The notes beneath the pieces were generated by a model. The model did not search any database. It was given only the letters and a program-made list of their open reading frames with translations, and was not told the DNA's origin. Positions 26,950-37,398 of a stretch of DNA of 64,000 nt are shown here, piece by piece. The stretch covers positions 613-64,612 of the forward strand of contig JAJYIV010000002.1 of assembly GCA_021789915.1 (NCBI GenBank), written 5' to 3'. Numbering within the stretch: position 1 is the stretch's first letter; the number at the start of each line of letters is the position of its first letter. Made by a program: the position numbers and the translations under genes. Source of the stretch: a bacterium (GTDB taxonomy: Bacteria; Patescibacteriota; Patescibacteriia; UBA9934; GWF2-40-263).

Positions 26950-28212
26950 TCATTCATATCTCAGCGCCTCGATCGGATCCAGCCGCGCGGCCTTGAGCGC
27001 CGGATACAATCCGAAGCCGACGCCGGTCAGGACGGAGATGACCAGCGCCAGGACGACGGAAAACGGCGAGACGACATACGCCCACTCATAGCCCAGCGCG
27101 TGCATGACGAGAGCGGCTGCGAGCGCGATCGCGGCCCCGAGCGCGACGCCGACGAGCCCGCCTGCGCCCGTGAGCGCCGCGGCCTCCAGCAGGAATTGCC
27201 GTGCGATGGCGCCGTTGGTGGCGCCGACGGCCTTGCGCAGCCCGATCTCGCGCGTGCGCTCGGCCACCGTCACCAGCATGATGTTCAGGATGCCGACGCC
27301 GCCGACCACCAGCGAGATGGCCGCCATCGCGGCAAGGAACAGGCTGAGAGCCGACGTGATGGATGACAGGATGTTCATGATGTCGGCCTGGCTGCGCACC
27401 GTGAAATCCTCCTGGTCCTGCGTCCGCACGTGATGGCGTTCGTCCATCACCCGCGTGACGTCCGCGATGGCCTGCGGCACGTGCGCGGCGGCGTCGACCT
27501 TCAGGTCGATGAGCTGCAGATGGCGGATGCCGAGCAGCTGCTGCTGGCCGATCGGCAGCGGGAGGAAGACCTGGTCGTCCATGTTCACCACGGCGATGTT
27601 GCCGCGCGGATTGATCACGCCGACGACGCGCAGCGGCACGCCGCCGGCTTGCGCCTGCGCCGCGTTGCGCACCTTGATGACCTGCCCCACCGGATCCACG
27701 CCGCGGCTGCCGAACAATTCGTCGGCCACGGTGGAGCCGAGCACGGCGACGTTGGCGCCTGCGTCCGCCTGGGCGACGCTGAAATACGTCCCTTCGCGCA
27801 TGGTGAACGTCAGCACGTCCGGATGATAGCCGTCCGTGCCGAAAAAGTTGGTGTCGATGCTCTGATTGCCCCACGTCACCGTGGCCGTCCCGAGCACCAT
27901 CGCATCCGCCGCCTTGATGTGAGGCACGCGGCGCAAGGCGTCCGCGTCCGCGTTCGTCAGCGTCGTGACGACGATGCCGAAGAGCTGGACGGGCGGGCCC
28001 TTCTCGTTGCTCTTGCCCGGCTGCACGCTGAGCAAGTCGCTCCCAAGCTTGGTCACCTGCCCCAGGATGAGAGACTGCGCGCCGGCGCCCAATGCCAAAA
28101 TCACGATGACGCCGGAGACGCCGATCACGATGCCGAGCATGGTCAGCAAGGACCGCCCCTTGCGCGCCAACAGGGTGCGGGAGACGAGGCCGAACGTGTC
28201 GCGGACGTTCAT
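26950..28212 (-). CDS. ABC transporter permease, MacB/FtsX-like (second copy)
   Basis: 420 aa, same architecture as 25605..26861. Confidence 0.75.
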   Translation of the reverse strand: MNVRDTFGLVSRTLLARKGRSLLTMLGIVIGVSGVIVILALGAGAQSLILGQVTKLGSDLLSVQPGKSNEKGPPVQLFGIVVTTLTNADADALRRVPHIKAADAMVLGTATVTWGNQSIDTNFFGTDGYHPDVLTFTMREGTYFSVAQADAGANVAVLGSTVADELFGSRGVDPVGQVIKVRNAAQAQAGGVPLRVVGVINPRGNIAVVNMDDQVFLPLPIGQQQLLGIRHLQLIDLKVDAAAHVPQAIADVTRVMDERHHVRTQDQEDFTVRSQADIMNILSSITSALSLFLAAMAAISLVVGGVGILNIMLVTVAERTREIGLRKAVGATNGAIARQFLLEAAALTGAGGLVGVALGAAIALAAALVMHALGYEWAYVVSPFSVVLALVISVLTGVGFGLYPALKAARLDPIEALRYE

Positions 28213-28225
28213 AGACAGGAGTCAA

Positions 28226-28939
28226 CTATTTTCCCAACTCCCCTCGGTCCCCTGCCCGCGTGCGCTTTTTCACGACGACGTCCGAAACGACGAGGCCGTC
28301 CTTGAGGCGGATGATGCGCTTGGCGTGGTTGGCGGTGTCCGTCTCGTGCGTCACCAGGATGATCGTGCGTCCCTGGTCGTTCAGCGTCTGCAGGATGTCC
28401 ATCACGACGTTGCCGGATTTGGAGTCCAGATTGCCCGTCGGCTCGTCGGCGAAGATCACGGCCGGATCGCCCACGAGCGCGCGGGCGATCGCCACGCGCT
28501 GCTTCTCGCCGCCGGAGAGCTGGTTGGAGAGATGGCCCAGCCGATGCGTCAGCCCGACCGCCTCCAGCGCCCGGCGCGCCAGCGCGTCTTGGTTCCTCTT
28601 CGTCCCGTACAGCAGCGGCAGGCGCACGTTGTCGAGCACGGTCGTGCGCGGCAGCAGGTTGAACGCCTGGAACACGAAACCGACCCGCTCGTTGCGCAAG
28701 CGGGCCAGCTCGGCGTCCGTGAACGTGCGCGTGTCGCGGCCTTCGAAGAAATACGCGCCCGCCGTCGGGCGGTCCAGGAACCCGAGGATGTGCATCAGCG
28801 TGGATTTTCCAGAACCGGACGGTCCCATGACGGCGAGAAATTCGCCCGGCTCCACGGTGAAGCTGACGCCGTGGAGCACGGGCGTCACGACGTCCCCGTT
28901 GACGTAGTCCTTGCGCAGGTTTTCGACGCGGATGAGCAT
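28226..28939 (-). CDS. ABC transporter ATP-binding protein (MacB/LolD-type, YknY-like)
   Basis: Walker A GPSGSGKST, signature LSGGEKQR, Walker B IFADEPT, H-loop. Confidence 0.85.
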   Translation of the reverse strand: MLIRVENLRKDYVNGDVVTPVLHGVSFTVEPGEFLAVMGPSGSGKSTLMHILGFLDRPTAGAYFFEGRDTRTFTDAELARLRNERVGFVFQAFNLLPRTTVLDNVRLPLLYGTKRNQDALARRALEAVGLTHRLGHLSNQLSGGEKQRVAIARALVGDPAVIFADEPTGNLDSKSGNVVMDILQTLNDQGRTIILVTHETDTANHAKRIIRLKDGLVVSDVVVKKRTRAGDRGELGK

Positions 28940-28947
28940 GGGGGGAG

Positions 28948-30501
28948 TCAGTCAATCGCCACCACGACCGTCTGCCCTTCCGACAGGCCGCGGACAATCT
29001 CGTCCAGACCGTCGTCGGCCATCAAGCCGACCGTCACCGGCACCTCGTGGTAGGCGCCGCGCGCGGCATCGTCCACGACGCGCACGACCTGGGAGCCGTT
29101 GCGGTCGATCACCGCCGCCGACGGCACGGCCAGAACCTGCGAACGCTCGGCCGTGAGCACCGTCAGGTTGGCGGTCATGCCCGGCTTGATGTCCGGCGCA
29201 CCCTCGATGGACGCCTTCACCTTGTAGTCCACCACGCCCGCGATCACGGTCGAAGCGGGATTGATGGACGTGACGACGCCGGAGAAGTGCCGGTCCGGGC
29301 CGAGCGCGTCGAACGTGTCGTCGACGCTCTGGCCGACCGCAAGCGACGCGATGTCGGCCTCGCTGACCTGCGCTTCGGCGTACAGGTCGCCCACGTCCTG
29401 CAGCACCATCGCCTCCTGCAGCGCCGTCGCCTGCTCGCCCGCCTTCACGCTGACCGACGTGATCGTGCCGTCCGCCGGCGAGGCCAGCACCGTGTTGTCG
29501 AGCGCGGATTGCGCCGTCTCCACCTGGCCCTGGGCCGACAGCACGGCGGCGGCGGCCGCGGCGAGATCCGCCTGCGTCGGCGCCGCCTGCGCCTGCGCGA
29601 GCGACGCCTGCGCCTGCGCGCGCGACGCCTGGGCGGCGTTCACGCTCGCCTGCGCCGCGGCGACCTGCGTGTCGCGCGTCTTCTGCGCCGCGTCATACGC
29701 GTTCCTGTTCGTCACGTACGAGGCGTCCGTCGTGTTCGGCACGGCGATGGTCCAGGTATCGTTCGAGGAAGGCGACGACGTGCTGAATTTGATGAACAGC
29801 CCGTGCGTGCCGAGCGCCACCGGCTGCGTGCTGACGAATCCGTTGGCCGTCTCGAGGCCGGTCGCGTTGAATTGGATGCCGTTGCCGGTCTGGTACAGGA
29901 CGACGTCGTACGTCCCCTGCGCGGTACCGGCGTACGTGCCGCTCACGGTGATGGCCGCGCCGTCCGCATTGGCCGTGCCCGGCACGGCGGTGAACGTCGT
30001 GTTCATCAGCGCGGCTTGCGCGTTGGCGACGGCCGTGTCCTGCTGCGCCTGGACGGCCGCCAGATTGTCCTGCGCGTTTTGCAGCGTCACGTTGGCCGCA
30101 TCGACGGCTTTCTGCGCCACGGCGATCTGCTCGCTCGTACTGCCTTGCCGCACCTTCTCTTCGTTCGCCTGGGCCTGGGCGAGCGCGCCTTGCGCCGTGG
30201 TCAGCGCCGCGTGCGCGGACGCCTGGTCGATCACGGCGAGCGTCTGTCCCTTTTTCACGCGGTCGCCTTCGGCCACGTCGACCTCCCGCACCAGGCCGCT
30301 CGTCTGAAACGCCAGCGACAAATCAACCGTGCTCGTCACCTGTCCGGTGGCGAGAACCGTCGCGCGCAAATCCTGCCGCGTCACGGCGGCCGTCTGCAGC
30401 TTCGGCGCCTTTCCGCGGCGCGCCCAAGCGGCGATGCCGCCGCCGGCGACAAGGACGACGAGCATCCAAAACCACCAACGCTTGAGGAAGGAGAACTTCA
30501 T
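28948..30501 (-). CDS. HlyD/YknX-like periplasmic adaptor with a long Ala/Gln-rich coiled coil
   Basis: Start MKFSFLKRWWFWMLVVLV (TM anchor); biotinyl-lipoyl-like segments (GQTLAVID, GMTANLTVL) and beta-barrel C-terminus; the listed 710-aa ORF is over-extended upstream. Confidence 0.7.
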   Translation of the reverse strand: MKFSFLKRWWFWMLVVLVAGGGIAAWARRGKAPKLQTAAVTRQDLRATVLATGQVTSTVDLSLAFQTSGLVREVDVAEGDRVKKGQTLAVIDQASAHAALTTAQGALAQAQANEEKVRQGSTSEQIAVAQKAVDAANVTLQNAQDNLAAVQAQQDTAVANAQAALMNTTFTAVPGTANADGAAITVSGTYAGTAQGTYDVVLYQTGNGIQFNATGLETANGFVSTQPVALGTHGLFIKFSTSSPSSNDTWTIAVPNTTDASYVTNRNAYDAAQKTRDTQVAAAQASVNAAQASRAQAQASLAQAQAAPTQADLAAAAAAVLSAQGQVETAQSALDNTVLASPADGTITSVSVKAGEQATALQEAMVLQDVGDLYAEAQVSEADIASLAVGQSVDDTFDALGPDRHFSGVVTSINPASTVIAGVVDYKVKASIEGAPDIKPGMTANLTVLTAERSQVLAVPSAAVIDRNGSQVVRVVDDAARGAYHEVPVTVGLMADDGLDEIVRGLSEGQTVVVAID

Positions 30502-30596
30502 AATGAATGCGCCCATTCTAGGCCGGCGGGCGGCCAAAAACAAGACGCCGGATCGCTCCGGCGCCTTGGGAATCCGTTCTTCTTCGTCCTGCGCGC

Positions 30597-33353
30597 TCAC
30601 GGCCTGACATTGCGGCTTTCCAACGCCTGCGAAAGCGTACGGATGTTCCGTTCGTTCATGTCCACCAGGTTTTGCCAGTCGGCCTTCAGGGTGAATGGAG
30701 CGGATGCCAGGGATCGTTGCGCTTGAGCCAATTGCTGATGGGCCGTCTCCAATGCCTGTTGGAGATGCGGCACCGTCCATGCGGAGATGTCTTCGCCGGT
30801 GCGCTGAGTGATGTCGGTAACCCCCATGGCCTGTTCCGCACCGCTTGACGTCTGCGTCTCGACGACCTTGTCGCCTGACACGCGTGACACAGCCGTTGGG
30901 CGTTCGAAGAATGAAGAGCTGGCGGCATGTCCAGCTGCTGTGTGCGCGGCCGCGGTTTCGGCGACAGGATGCGCGGCGGCAACCGTCTCCGCGGCGGTCT
31001 GCGCGCGCGCCGCGACCGCGGCGGCCGCCTGTTCGTGGAACGGCGCGACGGCGGGAATGCGCGCCAGCCTGTCCTGCCATCCTTGCGGAAGCAGACGGCC
31101 GAACGGCCCATGTTGCAGCGCGAGGACTTGCTGCGTCAAGGCATCGACCAACGGTTCCCTTTGACCAGGCGCGGCGGCAGTGGCCTGCTCCAGCGTTTCG
31201 CGGACCTCCATGAGCTGTTTTCCGAAGGCGGCCTGATCCGCGGCGGACAGATGCTCGAACGCGTTCTTCCCCAGCATCGCCTCGCCCGCGGCATGCTCGT
31301 GCGCGGCGACCTGCGCCAGCACTTCCGCGTGGTGCTGCGCGAGCTGCGCGGCTTCCGCAGCCTGGTCAATGGCCGCGTGCGGCACGGGCGCCGCCGTCTC
31401 TACGGCTGCATGCGTGGCCGTTGCTGTTTTCGCCGCCGTCTCCACGGCTGCCTGCGCGTGCGTTCCGACGGCCGCCGCCGCTTCGGCCGCGTGGCCTTGG
31501 AGTTCCGCCAGGGTCTTCCCCGGCGCCAGGAATCCTTCCTTGACCGCTTCGGCGACGCTCATGCGGACGCCCTTGGCCGATTCCAGCACCAGCTTGCCGC
31601 CGACTTCGCCGACTTGGAAATTGCCGATCGCCTTGCTCGTGAGAAACAGGTCCGGCACGCCGCCTTTGCCCCACGCGCCGGCCGCTTCGACGACGTCGTG
31701 CGCGTGCTGCGCCGCGTCGATGTCCGTCGGATGCAGGCGCTCGATGATGCCGCTCAAGCTGTCGCCCTTGTGCACCATGACGAAGCCCTGGGCGCCCGCC
31801 TCGACATGCGCGCCCGCCGCGGCCGCGCCGGCCTCCGCGGCATGATGCGCCGGCGCACCGGCCGCCGCACCCGCCTCGCGGGTGTGACCCAGCAGACGAT
31901 GAAGCGTGTCGCCCAAAACGCCGCCGCCGACGAAGAGGCCCATCATGGTGCCGAAGAGCTTGGCGCGGCGTTCGTTGACGTTGTTCTTTTCACGCAAATC
32001 CGCCATCTGCCCGTCGGTTCTGTTCATCGCCTCGGTCATCTGTCTTTCGGTGCCCTGGAATGTTTTTTCCGCGAGCGCTTGTTCGAGTTTCCTGTACTGG
32101 GCGCGGAAATGTTCCTGGGTTGCATCGACTTTGCCTTCAAGGCCTTCTTTTGGTTCCCCAAGACTTACACCGTCGAAAACCGCGCGCTCGTTCATCCGCG
32201 TGAGCCGCGTCATGATGTCCTCGGCGCTCATCTTTGAGATATCCGCATCGGTAAACTTCTCGGCGTCGCGATTTTCGCCCGCTCTGCGGACGGCGTCCAT
32301 GCTGCCGTAGCCCATGCCGAGCCCGGAAGCGGCGCGGTTCATGGCCATGATGCCTCCCGTTACCGCAAGTCCGGCGCCGCTCACGGCAGCAGCGCCCATG
32401 AGTCCGTAGGTAATTGCCGTGCGCGCGTTCAAGGCCTTCTCACTGATTTTCGTGATGCCGTATCGAAGCGCTTGCGCGTACATGAGCGGATTGAACCAGC
32501 TCTTTTCCCTGATATCCGCCCGCACGTTCCGCATGCTCTCCTCGTACAGTTCCTTCTGTCTCTTTCCAAACAAATTCGAAATATTGAACGCACCGAGCTT
32601 GCGATAGCCCTCGTAGAATTTGCGGCCGAATCCTTTGTCCTTGCTCAATTTCCCGGCACGGACATCCGCGAGTTCGCGCAGTTCTTCGGTAAACTTTTTG
32701 GCATCGGCGCCAATCGCTTCCGAGCGCATGCCGAGATATTCCTGGCGCGCCGCCTCGAGCTCCGCTTGCGCCTGAACGTATCCCTTTTTCGTCTCTGAGA
32801 AAATGCCTCGGCGCACGCCGCCGGTTACGCCGCCGTATGTCTTTTCCATCTGGGCAAGCAACGTCGCATAGCGGTCGCGAGCGTTGGAAAGACTTTCACG
32901 CGACGGCTTGGGGGGTTCTCCCTCAATGACGTCCACATATCCAGGCGGATGCGGATCGCGCCCACCTCCAGGGGTCGTCTCTCCACCTCCGCCTTGCGGC
33001 TCGACAATGGTTGGCGGCTCTGTCTCTCCGCCTCCGCCTGGCGGCGTAGGTTCATCTTGTTTCAACGCCGACTTTTCCCGCGCCGTGGCAATCTCATCAT
33101 CGATTTTGGCAAGCGCAATTTCATAGCTCAGCACGTCCTTGAACAGTTCCGTGTGTCCGTAGATCTCCTGTCGCCGCTTGTTCAATGCATCCATTTTCGC
33201 CTTGATGGCGTCTGTCGAATCCTTCGGCCTTTCCGCTTCGTCCGCCTTAAGATCCGGCGCTTCCACGCCGTTCAACTCCCGCGGATCCCCGAATTTCCTT
33301 CCGGGCTCCAAATCCGGGGCCATCCCCATGTTCGGTCCCTCGTACCCTGCCAT
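30597..33353 (-). CDS. Large hypothetical protein (918 aa): low-GC N-terminal half, two central TM helices, LysM-like segment (VMVHKGDSLSGIIERL), Ala/His-rich C-terminal half
   Basis: Continuous GC3-consistent ORF; strong composition shift at about 32.4 kb; Gly-rich PGGGGETEPP repeats. Confidence 0.55.
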   Translation of the reverse strand: MAGYEGPNMGMAPDLEPGRKFGDPRELNGVEAPDLKADEAERPKDSTDAIKAKMDALNKRRQEIYGHTELFKDVLSYEIALAKIDDEIATAREKSALKQDEPTPPGGGGETEPPTIVEPQGGGGETTPGGGRDPHPPGYVDVIEGEPPKPSRESLSNARDRYATLLAQMEKTYGGVTGGVRRGIFSETKKGYVQAQAELEAARQEYLGMRSEAIGADAKKFTEELRELADVRAGKLSKDKGFGRKFYEGYRKLGAFNISNLFGKRQKELYEESMRNVRADIREKSWFNPLMYAQALRYGITKISEKALNARTAITYGLMGAAAVSGAGLAVTGGIMAMNRAASGLGMGYGSMDAVRRAGENRDAEKFTDADISKMSAEDIMTRLTRMNERAVFDGVSLGEPKEGLEGKVDATQEHFRAQYRKLEQALAEKTFQGTERQMTEAMNRTDGQMADLREKNNVNERRAKLFGTMMGLFVGGGVLGDTLHRLLGHTREAGAAAGAPAHHAAEAGAAAAGAHVEAGAQGFVMVHKGDSLSGIIERLHPTDIDAAQHAHDVVEAAGAWGKGGVPDLFLTSKAIGNFQVGEVGGKLVLESAKGVRMSVAEAVKEGFLAPGKTLAELQGHAAEAAAAVGTHAQAAVETAAKTATATHAAVETAAPVPHAAIDQAAEAAQLAQHHAEVLAQVAAHEHAAGEAMLGKNAFEHLSAADQAAFGKQLMEVRETLEQATAAAPGQREPLVDALTQQVLALQHGPFGRLLPQGWQDRLARIPAVAPFHEQAAAAVAARAQTAAETVAAAHPVAETAAAHTAAGHAASSSFFERPTAVSRVSGDKVVETQTSSGAEQAMGVTDITQRTGEDISAWTVPHLQQALETAHQQLAQAQRSLASAPFTLKADWQNLVDMNERNIRTLSQALESRNVRP

Positions 33354-33385
33354 AGGACAAGAACATTAAAAAGTAAGGTCTGCTC

Positions 33386-33721
33386 TCAGACGGCCGGATG
33401 ATGTTCGGCGTTTTCCACCAGTTCGGCCTTGACCTTTTCGGTTTCTTCGGACAGGAGTCTTGGCATGTCGAACCTTTCGCTTAAAAATGCCATGAGCTTA
33501 TCCGAATCATCCGACAGATCCTCGGCTTTTTTGGCGTCCGCCCCATCGAGCTGGGTCATGACGTCCAGCATCACCCGCTTAAGGACGAGATCGGCCATCT
33601 GATCCAAAAGAGCGACTTTCTTCTCATCTGGCAAGGCCTCAATTCCGAGCAAAGCAATGATGTTTTGGTTTTCCGTGCTCGTTTGTTCGGTCATAAAATG
33701 AGAGAGTGAATAAGTTTCCAT
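33386..33721 (-). CDS. Small acidic helical protein (111 aa, low-GC)
   Basis: METYSLSHFMTEQTS...; first gene of the minus-strand operon; chaperone-like composition. Confidence 0.5.
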   Translation of the reverse strand: METYSLSHFMTEQTSTENQNIIALLGIEALPDEKKVALLDQMADLVLKRVMLDVMTQLDGADAKKAEDLSDDSDKLMAFLSERFDMPRLLSEETEKVKAELVENAEHHPAV

Positions 33722-33766
33722 TAAGATTAAACTGGCACATTGTCGGGAAACGTTAAGAATGCCCGT

Positions 33767-33795
33767 ATGGTAAAACAGCCGCGCGGACTTCGCAA
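33767..33795 (-). promoter_or_regulatory. Putative sigma-70-like promoter (-35 TTGCGA, 17 nt spacer, -10 TACCAT) for the operon 33721 down to 25605
   Basis: seen directly in an AT-rich leader. Confidence 0.35.
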
Positions 33796-33833
33796 TGGAA
33801 AAGACGCAAACGGCGGCGCACGGCGGTCTTCCG

Positions 33834-34736
33834 TCACGCCTTGGTCGCGTGCCCGCCGAATTGGCCGCGCAGCGCGGAGAGCAGCCGGCCGGCATAGCTC
33901 GGCGCGGCGGCGGAATCCTTGCGGAATTGCAGGGCGTCCGCAATGACGGGCACGGGCACGCCAAGATGCCTTGCCGCCTCGACCGTCCATGCGCCTTCGC
34001 CCGTGTGCGCGACGGAGCCCGTGACGCCTTCCATGTCCGGTCCGTAGGTTTCAAAAGCGGACTTCATCCAGCCAACGAGGCGCGACTCGACGACGCTGCG
34101 GTGCTGGTACACGTCGGCGACGCGGGCCAAGTCGAGCTGGAACGGCGCGGCTTTCATGACGGCGAAGCCTTCGGCGATGGCCTGCATCATGCCGTACTCG
34201 ATGCCGTTGTGGACCATCTTCACGAAATGCCCGGCGCCGGCCCCGCCGAAGAATCGATAGCCGTCCGGCACGGCCGCGTCCTTGAACAACGGTTCGAGTT
34301 CCGCGAACGCCGCGCGGTCGCCGCCGATCATGAGACAGGCGCCGGCGCGCGCGCCGCCGGGGCCGCCCGACGTGCCGCAATCCAGAAAGCGTATGCCTTC
34401 GGCCGCAAGCGCCGCGGCATGGCCCGCGTCATCGGCGTAATGCGTGTTGCCGCCGTCGACCACCGTGTCGCCGGGCGCGAGCAGCTCCGCCAGTTCCGCG
34501 ACCGCCTCGTCCGTCGGGGCGCCCGCGGGCAGCATGAGCCAGACGGTGCGCGGCGCTCCCAGAGCGGCGACGAGATCCTGCGGCGTACGCGCGGGGACGA
34601 GCCCTTCCGCCGCCATGCCTTCGGCGACCGTGAACGTGCGGTTCCATCCGATAACGCGCCAGCCCCGTTCCATCCAATGCCGCGCGAGGTTCGCTCCCAT
34701 CTTTCCGAGGCCGATGATGCCAAGTTCTTTGCGCAT
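33834..34736 (-). CDS. gnd: 6-phosphogluconate dehydrogenase (decarboxylating)-like, short NAD-binding form
   Basis: Start MRKELGIIGLGKMGANLA (GxGxxG) plus the 6PGD catalytic domain. Confidence 0.75.
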   Translation of the reverse strand: MRKELGIIGLGKMGANLARHWMERGWRVIGWNRTFTVAEGMAAEGLVPARTPQDLVAALGAPRTVWLMLPAGAPTDEAVAELAELLAPGDTVVDGGNTHYADDAGHAAALAAEGIRFLDCGTSGGPGGARAGACLMIGGDRAAFAELEPLFKDAAVPDGYRFFGGAGAGHFVKMVHNGIEYGMMQAIAEGFAVMKAAPFQLDLARVADVYQHRSVVESRLVGWMKSAFETYGPDMEGVTGSVAHTGEGAWTVEAARHLGVPVPVIADALQFRKDSAAAPSYAGRLLSALRGQFGGHATKA

Positions 34737-34779
34737 AGGTTCTGACAGGACCTGTCGGTCCAAGAGGTTTACGTCTCTC

Positions 34780-36015
34780 TCACACCGGTTCCGTTCCGGG
34801 CGCATACGTCCCCAGCGGCGTTTCGTTATTCCTCCACGCGCGCTCGATCGGATCCGTCCATGCCCACAATGCGTCGATTTCCTCCACGCTCAGGAACGGC
34901 GTCTGGTCGCCCGCGAAGGCGGCGAGGAACAGGGATTCGTACTCAACGACGTATTGCGCCCGCGCCTGCCTGGAATAGTCGAAGTCGAAGGTCTTGGACG
35001 AGCCGTCCTTGAAGGTGACGACGACGTCCTTTCTGGTCTCCGGCATGCGCTTGCCGGCTTCCAGGATGATCTCGACGCCCTGCCAGCGGCGCGGCGACAG
35101 CCAGGTCTTCGCGCGGAAATACGTTTCCGTGTCCGAGGCCGGGTCGACGCCGACGATGGCGCGGTAGCCTTCGTACTGCGCGCGGAACGTCTCGGCCGGC
35201 TGCGGCGGGACGAGGCCGCGCAGCAGTTCCACGCGCCGCGCGCGGACGGGGGCCGCGTCGAAGGACGCGGGCTTTTCCATCGTCGCGTACGCCAGCATTT
35301 CCAGCAGATGGTTCTGGCCGACGTCGCGCAGCGCGCCGAGGCGGTCGTAGAAGGCGCCGCGCTTCTCCACGCCGAGCGTCTCCCACAGGCGCACGCGGAT
35401 GCGCGCGACGCGCTCCGCATTCCAGCGCGGCTCGCCAGGGCCGTCCGCGAAACGGAAGCCGGCGAGCGCGCGCAGGGCGTCCTTGGCCAGATAGTGGTCG
35501 ACGCGGTAAATCTGCTCCTCCGCGAAGCAGCCGGCGAGCGCGGCGTCGAGGGCGCGGGCGCTCTCGCCGTCCCAGCCGATCGGCTTCTCCAGCATGACGC
35601 GCGTCCATGCGCCCGGCCGCCGCCCGATGCACAAGCGGGAGAACTGGGACAGGATCGGCGGCACGGACGCCGTCGGGACGGACAGGTACAGCAGCGCGTT
35701 CTGCCCCTGGATGTCCCGCCGCAGGCGGTCATATCCCTCCGGCGCTTCAAAATGCCCGCGGACATACGCGCACCGCCCCAGGAACGCATCGACGCTTTCC
35801 GCATCCGCCCGGGGCGCATGGCCGCGGAGGATGCCGCGCACGTGGACGCGGAAATCCTCGTCCGACCAGTCGCGGCGGGCGAAACCGATCAGCCGGAAAT
35901 CCGCCGGCAGGCGATGTTCCGCGTGGAGCTGGAACAAGGCGGGGGCGATTTTTCTGGCCATGAGGTCGCCGGTGGCGCCGAATACGACGAAAGCGGTGGG
36001 CAAAGAGGCAGACAT
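34780..36015 (-). CDS. zwf: Glucose-6-phosphate 1-dehydrogenase
   Basis: FVVFGATGDLMARK NADP-binding N-terminus and EKPIGWD active-site region; start at MSASLPTAF. Confidence 0.85.
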   Translation of the reverse strand: MSASLPTAFVVFGATGDLMARKIAPALFQLHAEHRLPADFRLIGFARRDWSDEDFRVHVRGILRGHAPRADAESVDAFLGRCAYVRGHFEAPEGYDRLRRDIQGQNALLYLSVPTASVPPILSQFSRLCIGRRPGAWTRVMLEKPIGWDGESARALDAALAGCFAEEQIYRVDHYLAKDALRALAGFRFADGPGEPRWNAERVARIRVRLWETLGVEKRGAFYDRLGALRDVGQNHLLEMLAYATMEKPASFDAAPVRARRVELLRGLVPPQPAETFRAQYEGYRAIVGVDPASDTETYFRAKTWLSPRRWQGVEIILEAGKRMPETRKDVVVTFKDGSSKTFDFDYSRQARAQYVVEYESLFLAAFAGDQTPFLSVEEIDALWAWTDPIERAWRNNETPLGTYAPGTEPV

Positions 36016-36598
36016 AGGCGAGAAGATGATGGGAACATCGAACCGAAACGGCATGAACGCCGGATGAAGCGGCGGAACCATTCTACCTTGCGATACGGCG
36101 GCGTCGAGGGATGAAAAACGCCCGGAAAAACCAGGCGAGACGTCCGTCGAGATACGGCGCGGCCAAGATCAGACCGGCGAGCGCATCCGCCTGGACACAG
36201 ATGAACAAAGCGTCCGGCAGGCCGGCGACGCCTCGCAAGCAGCCGCGGACGTATCGTGCAGGACGTCCACCGGCTTTTCCGGAGCGTTCGTCGATCCTCC
36301 TTGCTCCGCACGATGACGAAGCGCCCCGACCCTATGCCGTGCGCCGGGAAAAGAAAAAGCGCCGGGAACCCTTGCGGGAACCCGACGCAAGAAGCGTCGC
36401 GGCGTGAAGCGCCTAGAACTTCGGACCGCGCGGCGGGACGCCCTCCTCGCCGAAGGCGTCGCGGCGCGAACGGCCAACGGACGGCCTCGGCGGCGCGCCG
36501 GTTCCGACGAGCGCCGCCCACGGGATGGTCGCGCCGACCTGGCGCACGCCGATGACGGCAGGAAGGCCCGCTTCTTCTTCGTCGCCGAGGAAGGCCAC

Positions 36599-37354
36599 AT
36601 GGTGTGGTTCGACCTCAACCCGAATGCCGATGGTCCCCACGAGGTGGCCGCGCTTGTCTCGGCCCGGGGCGTCAACGCTCTCACGGGCCAGCGCCTGACC
36701 CCGCCGCCGCGATTGGAGCAGTACGCGCACCAGTGTCCCGTGCACGCCGTGCCGTTCACGCGCGTGGGGACGGAAACGAAGTTCTGCCCGACCTGCAACT
36801 TCGGCTGGGCGCCCCAGAACTACTTCTCGACCACGTCGGTCGGCCGCGGCCTCTTCTGGCGCGACGGCTTTCGCGGCCCCGACGGGAACACGCGCGAATT
36901 CGTCTTCACCGCGGAGCGGAATCGCGGCGTCGCGCGCGCCGTGATCGGCGACGACGCCGTGGACGCGTTCGGCGTCGCGCTGTTTCGCTCCGCGAAGTCC
37001 AAGGCGCCGCCCGTCGCATACCGCACGCCGTACGCGTTCAAGGGTTCGCCCTTTTCATTCGGAGGCGAATTCGGCGGCGTCCGACTCGAATCGTCCGCCA
37101 GTCACCGTCGGCACCTCGGGATTGCCGAACGGAACGAAGCGCTCGAGGTAGCCGCCGGCGCCGTCGTCGATCAGGGTGTCAGGCCGGACGAACACCGGCT
37201 CGACTTTTGGAGGGAAGCGCCCGACGCCTGCCTCATCCTGTACTACGTCGGACCGCATGCCTTCCGCGACATCGCCGGTTTCGACGGCACGGAAAATCCC
37301 GCCGACGAAGGCTGGCTCGGCAAAGCCGGCGTGCCGGTGGGCAACGACGCGTAG
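36599..37354 (+). CDS. Hypothetical protein (251 aa)
   Basis: SD GAGGAAGG 5 nt upstream of ATG; motifs QCPVHAVPF and CPTCNFGW; no family recognised. Confidence 0.45.
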   Translation: MVWFDLNPNADGPHEVAALVSARGVNALTGQRLTPPPRLEQYAHQCPVHAVPFTRVGTETKFCPTCNFGWAPQNYFSTTSVGRGLFWRDGFRGPDGNTREFVFTAERNRGVARAVIGDDAVDAFGVALFRSAKSKAPPVAYRTPYAFKGSPFSFGGEFGGVRLESSASHRRHLGIAERNEALEVAAGAVVDQGVRPDEHRLDFWREAPDACLILYYVGPHAFRDIAGFDGTENPADEGWLGKAGVPVGNDA

Positions 37355-37371
37355 AGCCTGTTCTCCCTTCC

Positions 37372-37398
37372 GCCCGTGCCATGTGCACGGGCTTTTTT
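37372..37398 (+). terminator. Rho-independent terminator (GCCCGTGC-CATG-TGCACGGGC + TTTTTT)
   Basis: seen directly. Confidence 0.7.
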
